Below are positions 27,369 through 37,219 of a stretch of 38,748 nt of DNA, in pieces. The stretch comes from a virus (lineage: Duplodnaviria > Heunggongvirae > Uroviricota > Caudoviricetes), in the IMG/VR virus record IMGVR_UViG_2534682158_000014. The stretch is one strand, 5' to 3'. How positions within the stretch are numbered: position 1 is the stretch's first letter; each line of letters begins with the position of its first letter. Made by a program: the position numbers and the translations under genes. The notes beneath the pieces are model-generated. The model saw only the letters and a list, made by a program, of their open reading frames with translations, did not search any database and had not been told where the DNA came from.

Positions 27369-27394
27369 AAACCCGCTTCGGCGGGTTTTTTTAT
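27369..27394 (+). terminator. Intrinsic terminator after the lipoprotein gene
   Basis: 'acccgc-ttcg-gcgggt' followed by 'ttttttt'. Confidence 0.7.
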
Positions 27395-27407
27395 ATCCGG
27401 AGTTTAT

Positions 27408-28736
27408 ATGACGTGGAAAGACAGACTTCAGGACGCGTCATTTCGCGGCGTGCCGTTTAAGGTTGAAGAAGAAAGTGCGGGAACCGGTCGTCGTGTGGAA
27501 ACGCACGAATACCCGAACCGCGACAAACCCTATACCGAAGACCTGGGGAAAATCACTTTCCGCCCGTCCATCACGGCTTATGTGGTGGGAGATGACTGCT
27601 TTGACCAGCGCGATCGCCTGATTGACGCGCTGAATAAACCCGGTCCCGGCACGCTTGTCCATCCGACTTACGGTGAGCTGAAAGTCTGTGTTGACGGAGA
27701 GGTTCGGGTCAGCACATCGAAGAGTGAAGGGCGTATTGTCCGCTTTGACCTGAAGTTTGTCGAAGCAGGAGAACTCTCTTACCCCACATCAGGTGCGGCG
27801 ACGGCGCAGACGCTGATGTCATCCTGTTCTGCACTGGATGACTGCATCAGTGACAGCTTCAGCGGTTTCAGTATCGATGGTGTGGCGGATTTCGTGCAGA
27901 ACGACGTTATCGGTAATGCCAGCATAATGCTGGGGTATGTTTCTGATGCGATGAAAGTGGTGGATTCTGCCGTATCGGATGCCGCCAGGCTGTTGCAGGG
28001 GGATATCTCGGTACTTCTGCCGCCGCCATCGTCAGGCAAAAATTTCGTTGAGCAGGTGCAGAAAATGTGGCGTACCGGGAAACGCCTTTATGGTAACGCC
28101 AGCGACCTGGTCACCATGATCAAAACGCTTTCCGGTGTCAGCCTCGGCAGCGATCTGCAACCGCGCGGCGTCTGGAAAACGGACAGTAAAACCACCGCCA
28201 CGGCGACGCAGCAGCGTAACGTGGTTGCCAGCACTCTTCGTACGACCGCAATCAGCGAAGCGGCGTATGCCGTTACCCGATTGCCTGCGCCAACAACTTT
28301 CGCGGTGATGCAGAATTCCGCAGTGGGGCAGACAACAACACCCGCGCAGAGCAGTGGCTGGCCTTCCGTCACGCATTCGGCACTGAACAATGCACCGGCG
28401 GTGAAAAACACGGTTGACCTGCCGACGTGGGAAGAACTGACTGACATTCGCGACATACTGAATACGGCAATTGATAAGGAGTTGTCCCGTACAACCAGCG
28501 ATGCGCTGTTTCTGGCGCTGCGCCGGGTGAAAGCAGATCTGAATGCGGATATCAACACGCGCCTTGAACAGTCTGCACGGATCATTCAGCGCACACCGGA
28601 TGAGGTTTTACCCGCGCTGGTGCTGGCGGCGACCTGGTTTGATAACGCGGCGCGTGACGCGGACATTATCCGGCGTAATGCCATTACGCATCCCGGCTTT
28701 GTGCCGGTGATCCCTCTGAAGGTGCCAGTGCAATGA
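27408..28736 (+). CDS. DNA circulation protein (Mu N-like)
   Basis: 'MTWKDRLQDASFRGVPFKVEEESAGTGRRVETHEYPNRDKPYTEDLG' is typical of Mu gpN-family proteins. ATG at 27408 preceded by 'CCGGAG'. Confidence 0.8.
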   Translation: MTWKDRLQDASFRGVPFKVEEESAGTGRRVETHEYPNRDKPYTEDLGKITFRPSITAYVVGDDCFDQRDRLIDALNKPGPGTLVHPTYGELKVCVDGEVRVSTSKSEGRIVRFDLKFVEAGELSYPTSGAATAQTLMSSCSALDDCISDSFSGFSIDGVADFVQNDVIGNASIMLGYVSDAMKVVDSAVSDAARLLQGDISVLLPPPSSGKNFVEQVQKMWRTGKRLYGNASDLVTMIKTLSGVSLGSDLQPRGVWKTDSKTTATATQQRNVVASTLRTTAISEAAYAVTRLPAPTTFAVMQNSAVGQTTTPAQSSGWPSVTHSALNNAPAVKNTVDLPTWEELTDIRDILNTAIDKELSRTTSDALFLALRRVKADLNADINTRLEQSARIIQRTPDEVLPALVLAATWFDNAARDADIIRRNAITHPGFVPVIPLKVPVQ

Positions 28737-29812
28737 ACGACAATGTCACGCTACGGGTAAATGGCCGGGAGTGGAATGGCTGGACATCGGTGCGCATCGG
28801 TGCCGGTATTGAACGGCTGGCGCGGGATTTCAGTGTGGAGATCACCCGCCAGTGGCCGGGAGATGAGGGTATCACCACGCTTCAGCCGCGCATTAAAAAT
28901 GGTTCAAAAGTGGAAGTGCTGATTGGTGATGAGCTGGTGATCACCGGCTGGGTGGAGGCGACCCCCGTTCGTTACGATGCCCGTTCGGTCAGCACCGGTA
29001 TTGCCGGACGTAGTCTGACTGCTGACCTGATTGACTGTGCAGCCGAACCGACACAGTTTAACGGACGATCGCTGGTACAGATTGCGCAGGCGCTTGCTGC
29101 GCCTTTCGGCATTGAGGTGGTGAACAGCGATGCGCCGTCGGGTGTTATTCCGGATGTCCAGCCTGATCACGGTGAAACGGTGATTGAGGTGATCAACAAA
29201 ATACTCGGTCAGCAGCAGGCGCTGGCTTATGACGACCCGCACGGCAGGCTGGTGATTGGTGGTATTGGCTCAACGCGGGCACATACCGCGCTGGTACTTG
29301 GGGAAAACATCCTTTCCTGTGATACGGAGAAGAGTATCCGGGAGCGGTTTTCTGTTTACCAGGTGGCGGGGCAGCGTGCCGGAAACGACGATGATTTCGG
29401 TGAGGCCACCACCACCGCGCTGCGGGCCCGCACAGAGGACGCATTTATTGCCCGTTACCGTCCGATGTATATCAGGCAGACAGGGCAGGCTACGGGGGCA
29501 GGCTGTATTGCCCGTGCGGACTTTGAAGCCCGACAACGGGCGGCGCGGACGGATGAAACCACCTATGTGGTGCAGGGTTGGCGACAGGGTAACGGTACGC
29601 TGTGGCAGCCCAACCAGCGGGTGATTGTCTTTGATCCGGTCTGTGGTTTCGACAATACCGAACTGCTTGTTTCGGAAGTCACGTTTACTCAGGACCAGAA
29701 CGGCACCCTGACGGAAATCCGTGTCGGCCCACCTGATGCTTATCTGCCTGAACCCGAAGCCCCCGGCGCGCGGAAAAAGAAAAAAGCCAGAGTACAGGAG
29801 GACCCGTTCTGA
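28733..29812 (+). CDS. Baseplate hub protein (Mu gp44 / P2 gpD-like)
   Basis: Position and size in a Mu-type baseplate block. Confidence 0.7.
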   Translation: MNDNVTLRVNGREWNGWTSVRIGAGIERLARDFSVEITRQWPGDEGITTLQPRIKNGSKVEVLIGDELVITGWVEATPVRYDARSVSTGIAGRSLTADLIDCAAEPTQFNGRSLVQIAQALAAPFGIEVVNSDAPSGVIPDVQPDHGETVIEVINKILGQQQALAYDDPHGRLVIGGIGSTRAHTALVLGENILSCDTEKSIRERFSVYQVAGQRAGNDDDFGEATTTALRARTEDAFIARYRPMYIRQTGQATGAGCIARADFEARQRAARTDETTYVVQGWRQGNGTLWQPNQRVIVFDPVCGFDNTELLVSEVTFTQDQNGTLTEIRVGPPDAYLPEPEAPGARKKKKARVQEDPF

Positions 29813-30360
29813 TGAGGACGATTGAAGCCATGCAGCGACAACTCCTCGGCCTGATTGGGCGGGCCGTGGTGAAAAGCATCAGTGCCGCCACGAAATGTCA
29901 GACCGTGGATGTGTCCCTGATTGCCGGTGAACCCAAAGCAGGGGTTGAACATCTTGAACCCTACGGTTTTACCTCAAGGGCAAACAGCGGTGCGGAAGCG
30001 GTGGTGTTGTTTCCGGATGGCGACCGTTCTCATGCGGTGGTTGTTACGGTGTCGGACCGGCGCTACCGCCTGAAAGGGCTGCAGACGGGTGAGGAGGCTG
30101 TCTATGACGATCAGGGGCAGTCCGTGACGCTGACCCGGGAGGGGATCGTGGTGGACGGTGCAGGTAAAACGATCACGTTTCGCAATTCACCTAAAGCACG
30201 TTTTGAAATGGACCTGGAAGTGACAGGACAGGTGAAAGACCTGTGCGACTCCGGCGGCACCACCATGTCAGCGATGCGGCTTGCCTATAACGGGCATCGT
30301 CACAGAGAGAACGGTCAGGGCAGTAACACCGACAAACCTGATAAAGCGATGGAGGCATGA
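29812..30360 (+). CDS. Baseplate spike / assembly protein (Mu gp45 / gpV-like)
   Basis: Position and size. Confidence 0.7.
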   Translation: MRTIEAMQRQLLGLIGRAVVKSISAATKCQTVDVSLIAGEPKAGVEHLEPYGFTSRANSGAEAVVLFPDGDRSHAVVVTVSDRRYRLKGLQTGEEAVYDDQGQSVTLTREGIVVDGAGKTITFRNSPKARFEMDLEVTGQVKDLCDSGGTTMSAMRLAYNGHRHRENGQGSNTDKPDKAMEA

Positions 30361-30785
30361 TGGAACTGTGGCTGACGGTGAACGGTAAACGCACCTGCGC
30401 CAGCGCACCGCTGGATCCGCTGACCCGCGCCGTGGTGATTTCCCTGTTTACCTGGCGGCGGGCGGAGCCTGATGACAACGCCGACGTCCCGATGGGATGG
30501 TGGGGGGATACCTGGCCTGCGGTACAGAATGACCGTTACGGCTCCCGGCTGTGGCTGCTTCAGCGCAGCAAACTGACCAATCAGCTGGTGCAGACGGTAA
30601 AGGGGTATATCCGCGAATGCCTGCAATGGATGATTGATGACGGCGTGGTGTCCCGTATTGATCTGGATATCCGCCGCACCGGGATTAATGAACTGGGTAA
30701 CAGTATCACTCTCTGGCGTCGTGACGGACCGGTAATGATTTCTTTTGATGATCTGTGGAGTGCGATAACGCATGGCGGACAGTGA
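30357..30785 (+). CDS. Baseplate wedge protein (Mu gp46 / gpW-like)
   Basis: Position and size. Confidence 0.65.
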   Translation: MMELWLTVNGKRTCASAPLDPLTRAVVISLFTWRRAEPDDNADVPMGWWGDTWPAVQNDRYGSRLWLLQRSKLTNQLVQTVKGYIRECLQWMIDDGVVSRIDLDIRRTGINELGNSITLWRRDGPVMISFDDLWSAITHGGQ

Positions 30786-31830
30786 ATTTCAGCGCCCGAC
30801 GCTGGCAGAAAATATCAGTATGCTCCGTAACGATTTATTCGCCAGGCTGGACGTCAGCGACACGCTCCGGCGCATGGATGAAGACGTGCGGGCAAAGGTG
30901 TATGCGGCGGCGCTGCATACGGTTTACGGGTACATCGATTATCTGGCAATGAATATGCTGCCTGACCTGTGCGATGAGTCCTGGCTGGCGCGACATGCTG
31001 CGATGAAACGGTGTCCGCGCAAGGGGGCCACGGCTGCCAGCGGGTATATGCGCTGGGAAGGTGTCAGCGATGGCCTGAAGGTGACTGCCGGAAGCGTGAT
31101 TCAGCGCGATGACCTGGTTCAGTACACGGCAACTGCCGATGCAACCAGCTCCGGTGGTGTCCTGCGCGTGCCGATCGCCTGCTCAAGTGCAGGCGCGGTC
31201 GGTAACGCTGACGACGGTACGTCATTAATCCTGGTCACGCCGGTGAATGGTCTGCCGTCTTCCGGCGTGGCAGATACCCTGACAGGTGGATTTGATACTG
31301 AAGAGCTGGAAACGTGGCGCGCCCGCGTCATTGAGCGGTATTACTGGACGCCTCAGGGCGGGGCTGACGGGGACTATGTCGTCTGGGCTAAAGAAGTGCC
31401 CGGCATTACCCGCGCATGGACATACCGTCACTGGATGGGAACGGGAACTGTCGGTGTGATGATTGCCAGCAGTGACCTGATTAATCCCATTCCGGAAGAA
31501 TCAACGGAAACGGCGGCAAGACAACATATCGAGCCACTGGCCCCGGTGGCAGGCTCTGATTTGTATGTGTTCAGGCCGGTGGCACATACGGTGGATTTTC
31601 ATATCCGCGTGACGCCGGACACACCGGAAATACGGGCTGCCATCACCGCGGAGTTGCGTTCGTTCCTGCTGCGTGATGGTTATCCGCAGGGAGAACTGAA
31701 GGTATCGCGTATCAGTGAGGCGATTTCCGGTGCGAACGGGGAATACAGCCATCAGTTGCTTGCACCGGCAGACAATATCTCCATTGCAAAAAATGAACTG
31801 GCGGTTCTGGGGACGATTTCATGGACGTGA
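30772..31830 (+). CDS. Baseplate J-like protein (Mu gp47)
   Basis: 352 aa, position. Confidence 0.8.
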   Translation: MADSEFQRPTLAENISMLRNDLFARLDVSDTLRRMDEDVRAKVYAAALHTVYGYIDYLAMNMLPDLCDESWLARHAAMKRCPRKGATAASGYMRWEGVSDGLKVTAGSVIQRDDLVQYTATADATSSGGVLRVPIACSSAGAVGNADDGTSLILVTPVNGLPSSGVADTLTGGFDTEELETWRARVIERYYWTPQGGADGDYVVWAKEVPGITRAWTYRHWMGTGTVGVMIASSDLINPIPEESTETAARQHIEPLAPVAGSDLYVFRPVAHTVDFHIRVTPDTPEIRAAITAELRSFLLRDGYPQGELKVSRISEAISGANGEYSHQLLAPADNISIAKNELAVLGTISWT

Positions 31831-32405
31831 CAAACGATGATTACATCCGTCTGTTGTCGGCACTGTTGCCCCCCGGTCCGGCGTGGTCAGCCAGCGATCC
31901 GGCGATTGCCGGTGCGGCACCGTCATTAACCCGTGTTCATCAGCGTGCGGATGCCCTGATGCGGGAGCTGGATCCGCGCACCACCACTGAACTGATAAAC
32001 CGCTGGGAGCGTCTGTGCGGTCTGCCGGATGAATGTATTCCCGCAGGGACACAGACCCTTCGTCAGCGTCAGCAACGGCTGGATGCGAAGGTTAACCTGG
32101 CGGGCAGCATCAACGAGAATTTTTATCTTGCACAGCTTGCTGCCCTGGGCAGACCAGATGCCAACATCACGCGATACGACAAAAGCACGTTCACCTGCTC
32201 ATCGGCCTGTACTGACGCGGTGAATGCGCCGGAATGGCGGTATTACTGGCAGGTCAACATGCCAGCTGCCACCAACACCACCTGGATGACATGTGGCGAT
32301 CCCTGTGATTCCGCACTGCGTATCTGGGGCGACACCGTTGTCGAGTGTGTGCTTAACAAACTCTGCCCGTCGCATACCTACGTAATTTTTAAATATCCGG
32401 AGTAA
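31821..32405 (+). CDS. Tail protein (Mu gp48 / YmfQ-like)
   Basis: Position between baseplate J and the tail fibre. Confidence 0.65.
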   Translation: MDVTNDDYIRLLSALLPPGPAWSASDPAIAGAAPSLTRVHQRADALMRELDPRTTTELINRWERLCGLPDECIPAGTQTLRQRQQRLDAKVNLAGSINENFYLAQLAALGRPDANITRYDKSTFTCSSACTDAVNAPEWRYYWQVNMPAATNTTWMTCGDPCDSALRIWGDTVVECVLNKLCPSHTYVIFKYPE

Positions 32406-32408
32406 TCC

Positions 32409-33341
32409 ATGCATCGTATAGACACGAAAACCGCGCAGAAGGATAAGTTCGGCGCGGGTAAGAACGGTTTTACCCGTGGTAACCCCCAGACCGGCACACC
32501 TGCCACCGATCTGGATGATGACTACTTTGACATGTTGCAGGAAGAACTTTGTAGCGTGGTGGAGGCCTCCGGTGCCAGCCTGGAGAAGGAGCGGCACGAC
32601 CAGTTGCTTACCGCGCTTCGTGCGCTGCTGTTAAGCCGCAAGAATCCGTTTGGTGATATCAAATCGGATGGCACGGTGAAAACGGCTCTCGAAAACCTTG
32701 GTTTGGGAGATGGCTCGGGGCGTTACAGCAAAACTGTCGTTTTTTCATCGTCGGGTTCATATACGTGGCCAGCTGACGTAAAACGAATTGACGTTATTCT
32801 GACTGCGGGGGGCGGCGGTGGCGGTGGATGTAACGCGGAGAACGCAAATCAGACATTTTCAGGGGCTGGCGGAGGAGCCGGAGGTACTGTTTTTGCCACT
32901 ATTTATGCGACAGACAACGATGCCGGGCCAGGGACCTATACAGTGACAATTGGTAGCGGTGGTAGTGGTGCCAATGGGCCAGGGTCTGGAAATAATGGCG
33001 GTCATAGTTCGTTCATGACATTAACTGCGCTCGGCGGCCAGGGTGGGCAATGGGGCGGCGCTACAAATACCGCTGGCGGGCGCGGTGGCTCAGGCTCTGG
33101 CGGTTATAAAACTGAACAAGGCGGAGACGGTTCAGACGGACAGGCGGGCCAGGCGCTATTAGTAGGCAATGGGGCATCGAGCTATTGGGGTGGCGGCGGC
33201 CGCGCTGGGCAACTGAGCGGTAATCCTGGAGTTTGCTCTGGCTCCGGCGGCGGGGGTGCATACGATAATAGCTATTCACACACGTCAGGACGTGGCGGGC
33301 ACGGAGCTAATGGCGTGCTGGTAATTCGGGAGTACATGTAA
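32409..33341 (+). CDS. Tail fibre protein with a Gly-rich C-terminal region
   Basis: N-terminal '[46 protein letters not shown]' fibre-attachment domain. The C-terminal ~200 aa are dominated by GGxGG / GSG repeats. Confidence 0.7.
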   Translation: MHRIDTKTAQKDKFGAGKNGFTRGNPQTGTPATDLDDDYFDMLQEELCSVVEASGASLEKERHDQLLTALRALLLSRKNPFGDIKSDGTVKTALENLGLGDGSGRYSKTVVFSSSGSYTWPADVKRIDVILTAGGGGGGGCNAENANQTFSGAGGGAGGTVFATIYATDNDAGPGTYTVTIGSGGSGANGPGSGNNGGHSSFMTLTALGGQGGQWGGATNTAGGRGGSGSGGYKTEQGGDGSDGQAGQALLVGNGASSYWGGGGRAGQLSGNPGVCSGSGGGGAYDNSYSHTSGRGGHGANGVLVIREYM

Positions 33342-33746
33342 ATGAATGATATCTATGCAGTTGTTGATAATAACGTTGTTATTAATGTCATTATCTGGGA
33401 CGGAATTTCTGAATGGAAACCAGAGGCTGGTAATTTAGTTCCGTTAAACGGCGATGCTGGCATCGGTTGGTCATATTCAGACGGAGTATTTACCGTGCCA
33501 CCTCCCCCAGAACGCTCTCACAACGCGTTAGTTGCGGAGGCTGAGCTGCAGAAATCAGCACTACTGACCGTAGCAAATAACGCAATAGCACCGCTGCAGG
33601 ATGCCGTTGATTTGGAAATGGTGACAGACGATGAACAGGCGTTACTGCTGGCGTGGAAAAAATACAGGGTACTGCTGAACCGTGTTGATACCTCAGCGGC
33701 ACCCGAAATAGAGTGGCCTACGCAACCGGGGGAGCGGGCCAGTTGA
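33342..33746 (+). CDS. Tail fibre assembly protein (Tfa)
   Basis: '[21 protein letters not shown]...' and the C-terminal '[11 protein letters not shown]' motif typical of Tfa proteins. Confidence 0.8.
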   Translation: MNDIYAVVDNNVVINVIIWDGISEWKPEAGNLVPLNGDAGIGWSYSDGVFTVPPPPERSHNALVAEAELQKSALLTVANNAIAPLQDAVDLEMVTDDEQALLLAWKKYRVLLNRVDTSAAPEIEWPTQPGERAS

Positions 33747-33867
33747 TATCAGGCGCAGCGTCAGCATCAACTGCTGTCACTGCGTCGATGTAGTCGAGTA
33801 CCGCATTCAGCCGCGTTTTTTCATCATCAGTCAGTTTGCGGCCTGCACTTCTCCGTTGACATCTTTG
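33721..33867 (-). pseudogene. Inverted C-terminal remnant of a second tail-fibre-assembly gene
   Basis: Minus-strand frame between stops reads '[49 protein letters not shown]' with no start codon. Its C-terminal motif parallels that of the + strand Tfa, and the two 3' ends overlap by about 26 nt. Confidence 0.5.
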
Positions 33868-34002
33868 TTATATGGTACAACTGCGCAGAGGCCTGTCTCT
33901 TCAATTGTGCCAGTTGAATACTACGATACAACGCTAGGTCTTCCAATATGGACACAGTATCATCTGAATGGAAGAGGGCGTATGGTACAAGTGTATGATA
34001 AT

Positions 34003-34030
34003 GCGGGTGCTTAGCACCCGCTTATTTAAT
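34003..34030. terminator. Hairpin terminator between the tfa (+) and gtrC-like (-) genes
   Basis: 'gcgggtgc-tta-gcacccgc' followed by 'ttatttaatt'. Confidence 0.55.
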
Positions 34031-35496
34031 TAATTGCAGTTGAATGTAATGTTTTTATCGTAAACAAAAATCTTCTTATCTCCGACGTCAATAACCTTTG
34101 ATGGATTACCAATCTCTTTAATTGTTATATTTCTCATAACCTCGTCATCTGTAATTATGAAATTTCCTCCGCGCTCATACCAATAGTTTTTTGACAACCA
34201 TTTATTGCATGCAAGTATATTCAAACCTCGGTTTACATCAATCGGAGCAATTGATATGTCTCCATCTATACTTGCTGATGAAGCAAACCAGAAAGATGCA
34301 TACCCGTTTGTGAGGTTATTCTGCCTTACAGTGTGTTTTATCTGATTTATAATATCATTAGAATTGTCTTTTTTTTCATGCATATAAATAGAACAAAAGA
34401 GAATAAATGTTGTAACAACCCCTAATGCGATGAATTTCCACCCTCTGGAGTTGTTAGATCTGCCAATAACAACAGGTGCTAGTATAAAAAATGGAACGAT
34501 ATATCTTATAGTCCATTCATCTATTGGACGGTTACTTGCAAGGTATGCTGGTATCATTATAATACAAGCTATACATATAGCCATATTGATCATGGAGGTT
34601 TTGAATATTTCCTTTACTGACATTGCAACTAATATAAGAAGTAAAATCATTACAACAAAACAAAAAACAGAAATAAGCGCTGTAATATCAGAAGGTGGCT
34701 TGCCAAAGAAGAAAGCTCCACTGTATAGGAGGAATCCTTTTACGAATAAGTATAAATTATTCAGGATATCATCAAATGCAACAAATGTTGGATCTGGAAC
34801 GCCTGGCAAAATGTACCAGTTATGAGCTCTTGCGTACATGGTCATAATTTTTGATGCAACATATGCAAATATAGTTGCAACTAGTATGATCAGATTTTTT
34901 TGGCTTTTGGTTTTTACTATAAAAATCACTGATGATATTGCTACTGGTGCAATAATGAGTAGCTTTATGATGTCATCACTGAAACAAGCTAGAGCTAACA
35001 CTAAAATATAAAGAGATAGAGAAATTAACGATCTTGTTTTGGAAAAATTGTCTAACATTATGAAGCAAAACAACATGGATACATATGTGCCGACATGTAT
35101 CACAGGTATTAATACGTTTAATACTGCAAACCCAGAAGGCAGCGCAACGCAAAATGAAATGGCCCATAACGATGAAAGCCTTTCTTTTGAAAGATAAAAT
35201 GTCATCAATGTAACCATTGAATACATAATTGCCGGTATGCAGTATGCTTGGTACTGTCCGTACCAGAATACCTTTGAAGCAAGCCCGTACCATATTATGT
35301 CTGTAAAATAGAATGATACTGTAGAGAGATACCATCCACTAAGCGTCCAATTTCCGTCCGCAATGTCCTTACCCTCAAGAAGTCCAGAAACAGCATCCGA
35401 ACTTGGCAAAATCTGTTTTGAAATCGAGGCGTAGAAGAAAGTCAAGAATATAAATCCAATGATGTATATGGCTGTTTTTTTTATATTTAAAGTCAT
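34030..35496 (-). CDS. GtrC-type serotype-specific O-antigen glucosyltransferase (polytopic membrane protein)
   Basis: 488 aa, multiple TM segments, AT-rich, last gene of a gtrA–gtrB–gtrC arrangement. Confidence 0.6.
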   Translation of the reverse strand: MTLNIKKTAIYIIGFIFLTFFYASISKQILPSSDAVSGLLEGKDIADGNWTLSGWYLSTVSFYFTDIIWYGLASKVFWYGQYQAYCIPAIMYSMVTLMTFYLSKERLSSLWAISFCVALPSGFAVLNVLIPVIHVGTYVSMLFCFIMLDNFSKTRSLISLSLYILVLALACFSDDIIKLLIIAPVAISSVIFIVKTKSQKNLIILVATIFAYVASKIMTMYARAHNWYILPGVPDPTFVAFDDILNNLYLFVKGFLLYSGAFFFGKPPSDITALISVFCFVVMILLLILVAMSVKEIFKTSMINMAICIACIIMIPAYLASNRPIDEWTIRYIVPFFILAPVVIGRSNNSRGWKFIALGVVTTFILFCSIYMHEKKDNSNDIINQIKHTVRQNNLTNGYASFWFASSASIDGDISIAPIDVNRGLNILACNKWLSKNYWYERGGNFIITDDEVMRNITIKEIGNPSKVIDVGDKKIFVYDKNITFNCN

Positions 35497-35497
35497 T

Positions 35498-36412
35498 TTA
35501 CTTATCCTTTAGAATGTATCTTGGTCGCTGCTTAACTTCAACATAAATTCTTCCTATATACTCTCCAAGAACTCCTATGCCTATTAACTGAACTCCACCA
35601 AGAAACAATATTGATACAATGATAGAAGGGTAACCTGGAACACTATTTCCAAACATCAATTTATCAGCAATCATCCATGCTCCATAAAGGAATGATAAGG
35701 TTGCCACAAACAGGCCTATATAAGTCCACATGCGCAAAGGGAAAGTAGAAAAGCTAGTGATCCCTTCCAGCGCCAAGTTCCATAGCTTCCATCCATTGAA
35801 CTTTGTGCTTCCTGCAACTCGTTCTGCTCGCGCATATTCTACGACATCGGTTCGACCACCAACCCAGCTCAGCACACCCTTCATAAACAGGTTTCGTTCT
35901 GGCATGAGCTTAATGTTTTCTACTACTTCGCGAGACATGAGCCGGAAGTCGCCAACATTTTCTTCTATCTTAGGGTTGCTGATTTTGTTATGAAGCTTAT
36001 AGAACCACTCAGCAGATTTACGCTTCAGCCTGCTGTCAGTGGAGCGGTCAGAGCGTTTAGCCAGAACCATATCTGCACCGGCCTGCCATTTCTCTATCAA
36101 GTGAGGAATAACTTCGATAGGGTCTTGCAGATCAACGTCAATCGGGATAATTGCCTCCCCGGTAGCATGGTCCAGACCTGCGAACAGGGCGGGTTCTTTG
36201 CCGAAGTTACGTGTGAACGACAGCGAAACAACAAGCGGGTCGGCAACAGCAAGCTCGTTGATAATTGATTCTGTAGCGTCTTTGCTGCCATCGTTTATGA
36301 AGACTATCTCGACTTCATGCTGCTGAAGCCCTTCAAATTCGCGCACAGTTTTATAAAAAATAGGTATCGTGGCCTCTTCGTTAAAGACCGGAACGACTAA
36401 AGAAATTTTCAT
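35498..36412 (-). CDS. gtrB: GtrB bactoprenol glucosyltransferase (GT2 family)
   Basis: '[13 protein letters not shown]...IFINDGSKD' GT2 N-terminus, 'IDVDLQD' DxD region and two C-terminal TM helices. Confidence 0.9.
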   Translation of the reverse strand: MKISLVVPVFNEEATIPIFYKTVREFEGLQQHEVEIVFINDGSKDATESIINELAVADPLVVSLSFTRNFGKEPALFAGLDHATGEAIIPIDVDLQDPIEVIPHLIEKWQAGADMVLAKRSDRSTDSRLKRKSAEWFYKLHNKISNPKIEENVGDFRLMSREVVENIKLMPERNLFMKGVLSWVGGRTDVVEYARAERVAGSTKFNGWKLWNLALEGITSFSTFPLRMWTYIGLFVATLSFLYGAWMIADKLMFGNSVPGYPSIIVSILFLGGVQLIGIGVLGEYIGRIYVEVKQRPRYILKDK

Positions 36413-36771
36413 TTCGCATCCCTAAAGACAATGAACTTTGAATAGACGAAACCGCACACCAGGCTGATGGCGGAGAAGGTGACAAGAGTTATCATCGGGG
36501 GAAGTGCGCATCTATCAGCAGCCCATCCAACAGTAGCACTGAGTGTTCCCATGAACCCGACATATAACATGTAGCGCATCGTTGTAGTTGATGCTTTGAA
36601 TGTGAATTTTGCATTCGCGAAGAAGCTAAAACTCACAGCCACAACGAAACCTGCGAAGTTTGCCAGAGCCTGATTGGTATGCGCGGCATAGATACATACA
36701 CCAAAAACCACCCAGTGTATAAGTGTGTTCAGCACACCAATCGAGGTGTACCTTGCAAATATATTTAACAT
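36409..36771 (-). CDS. gtrA: GtrA flippase (small four-TM protein)
   Basis: 120 aa hydrophobic protein immediately upstream of, and overlapping, gtrB. Confidence 0.8.
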   Translation of the reverse strand: MLNIFARYTSIGVLNTLIHWVVFGVCIYAAHTNQALANFAGFVVAVSFSFFANAKFTFKASTTTMRYMLYVGFMGTLSATVGWAADRCALPPMITLVTFSAISLVCGFVYSKFIVFRDAK

Positions 36772-36969
36772 TTATTTAATCAATGAGTTCTGAAAGGTAT
36801 GAAGTCTATCATCCAAGTCTCAATCGATCGATACTTGCGGTAGTTGATGAGGAAAACTCTGGTACACAAAGCTTTGCACTGGACTGCAAGGTGTTGTGCT
36901 TCTCTGGAGTGCGATATGTTTGATGACAAAAAATTAGCGCAAGAGGACAAAAAATCACCTTGCGCTAAT

Positions 36970-37129
36970 GCTCTGTCTCAGGTCACTAATACCATCTAAG
37001 TAGTTGATTCATAGTGACTGGATATGTTGTTTTTTGTAGTATCATGCAGTCTATTTTTTAGACTAAATGTATTTTAACACATTGATATTATTGGCTTTTG
37101 CTGTTTCGCGTTCAGCTTTTTTATACTAA
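36970..37129. other. Lambda-type attR: phage P-arm sequence plus 15-bp core 'GCTTTTTTATACTAA' (37115-37129), followed by bacterial B' flank
   Basis: The core is identical to the lambda att common core. Upstream 'caggtcactaataccatctaagtagttgattcatagtgactg' resembles the lambda attP P arm as I recall it. Downstream 'cttgagcgaaacgg' leads into ybhB. Confidence 0.8.
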
Positions 37130-37219
37130 CTTGAGCGAAACGGGAAGGTAAAAAGACAAAAAGTTGTTTTTAATACCTTTAAGTGATACCAGATGGCATA
37201 GCGCCATCTGGCAGAGTGA

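Noticed and set aside
37115-37129. A tRNA gene at the integration site
   Set aside because: No cloverleaf-forming sequence or T-loop motif is present. The lambda site lies between protein-coding genes and is not a tRNA.
37190-37213. Hairpin 'ccagatggc-atag-cgccatctgg' downstream of ybhB as a terminator or REP element
   Set aside because: No U-tract on either strand, and it could not be matched to a REP consensus by eye.
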